Below are positions 63,101 through 64,000 of a stretch of DNA of 64,000 bases, piece after piece. Both the position numbers and the translations under genes were made by a program. Origin of the DNA: Lytechinus pictus (taxonomy: Eukaryota); contig NC_087251.1 in NCBI RefSeq assembly GCF_037042905.1, forward strand, positions 11,906,001 through 11,970,000, read 5' to 3'. The notes under the pieces are model-generated. The model saw nothing but the letters and a program-made list of their open reading frames with translations. It was not told the origin of the DNA and searched no databases. How positions within the stretch are numbered: position 1 is the first letter of the stretch; each line of letters begins with the position of its first letter.

Positions 63101-64000
63101 AGGCCTTGCTTTAAAAAGAGTTGATATCAAAATCGATTTCAACTACCCAGATTAAGCTTTAATTGTGAAAAAAATATAAATTTGCTATTAATTTGGATCA
63201 ATATCATGAAAAGATGGAGCCATGACTCTAAACTTACGTAGTTTCATAGATGACAGTGAGGAAGATTTGAACTTTCTCAACAACAGGTTTGTTTGCAGGG
63301 ATCTCAGTACTGTTACCTAATAAACCTGATAAACAATAAGCATAAAGAGAGAATACTGGTTTTGAAACAAGTGACAAAATAATCATGATGTTCTTTAATA
63401 TACACAGGCTAGCCACAGAAGCTTTTATAATTTCAGATTAATTCTGAAATATTGCAATTAAATTCCAAGTTTTGTGTTTTACAATGCATCAACATAGACA
63501 CTGCATTTATCAGAACTCTGTAGCAATCAAACTCAACTCTAAAAATCAAATCCAACTTTATTTTCAACCAATTAAAAACATGCATTTCGGACAGATGCTT
63601 GATTTTTTTAAGTTGTTTTAATAACGCAAGTCTTTCTGCAACAGGCCTCTGATCATTCTAATGGAATGCTCTATACCACATACATGTATGAATCAATGAG
63701 CCTATATGCAAGATATCATGTGTGCAGTGGCATTTAAGCCTTGTTCGAATGATATAAAACTGTGTACTGATGAGCAGGAAGATTACAGATGGATCGAGAA
63801 CTAATATCGCTTAATAATATCGACCTGATGAATAACATATCACAAAAACATAGCAAGTCTTAATTTTACGTTATCATAATAATATAATAATAACCCTCTT
63901 TGACACAGTGTAAGCATACACCCTGCCTCACCTAAGATTGTATTCCTCTCATTTTCAGTCATGTTGAATGATCTAGTATACTCTGGACACACCTTAGCTC
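54106..64000 (-). CDS. XPO5: Exportin-5, C-terminal part (5' truncated by window edge)
   Basis: Exons >64000-63932, 63325-63238, 62479-62343, 62019-61875, 58498-58401, 58134-57959, 57524-57420, 56518-56381, 55696-55541, 54261-54106 (TGA); phases consistent given one AT-AC and one GC-AG intron. Motifs LPDYRLRHIIRVVTKSFVQSCP, ISELGKIILQNE, AMSWPDS, AVTHLYTSILKGLQVHGEH, QKFKRKEVIRDLP resemble vertebrate XPO5. Confidence 0.92.
56679..56812. mobile_element. Short palindromic MITE (PIF/Harbinger-like), copy 4, more degenerate
   Basis: Same family as 3174-3331; inserted into a duplicated XPO5 pseudo-exon. Confidence 0.75.
59580..60425. mobile_element. About 100-bp hairpin MITE split by a piggyBac-like insertion
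   Basis: ta|ggctgcatattcagacc ... ggtctgaatgtgcagcc|ta; internal palindrome gagtgaagggtttgcac / gtgcaaagccttcactc. Confidence 0.75.
59659..60403. mobile_element. piggyBac-like non-autonomous element
   Basis: TTAA|CCCTAACTAGGCC ... GGCCTGTTTAGGG|TTAA. Confidence 0.85.
60734..61337. mobile_element. TTAA-flanked MITE (Kolobok-like), second copy of the 11045 family
   Basis: TTAA|AGGACAAGTCCAC ... GTGGACTTGACCT|TTAA; colinear with 11045-11633. Confidence 0.88.
62020..62342 (-). other. U12-type (minor spliceosome) AT-AC intron of XPO5
   Basis: 5' splice site ATATCCTTT (62342-62334), branch point TTCCTTAAC (62045-62037), terminal AC (62021-62020); splicing restores RHII-R-VVTK in frame. Confidence 0.93.

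Overview
AT-rich, intron-rich animal genomic DNA. The repeat content suggests an invertebrate deuterostome, probably a sea urchin (inference). Four spliced protein-coding genes can be assembled with consistent exon phases: the 3' part of LRRC9 (+, 1-12017), a complete CLHC1 (-, 17340-28029), a complete DYNC2LI1 (+, 32939-48781) head-to-head with CLHC1, and the 3' part of XPO5/exportin-5 (-, 54106-64000). Introns are crowded with DNA transposons: a decayed full-length hAT with an unusual 6-bp target duplication, three families of Helentron/DINE-1-like elements with internal tandem arrays, Kolobok-, piggyBac- and PIF/Harbinger-like MITEs (including a three-level nest), a tRNA-derived SINE, a LINE endonuclease remnant and a 1.8-kb minisatellite. 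The most notable observations are in XPO5: a U12-type AT-AC intron, a forced GC-AG intron, and three decayed tandem copies of one exon that all keep their splice acceptor. Also notable are arrays of nuclear-receptor-like direct repeats carried by the Helentron-like elements. No wholly new biological system is demonstrated. Gene names rest on remembered protein motifs, not on a database search.
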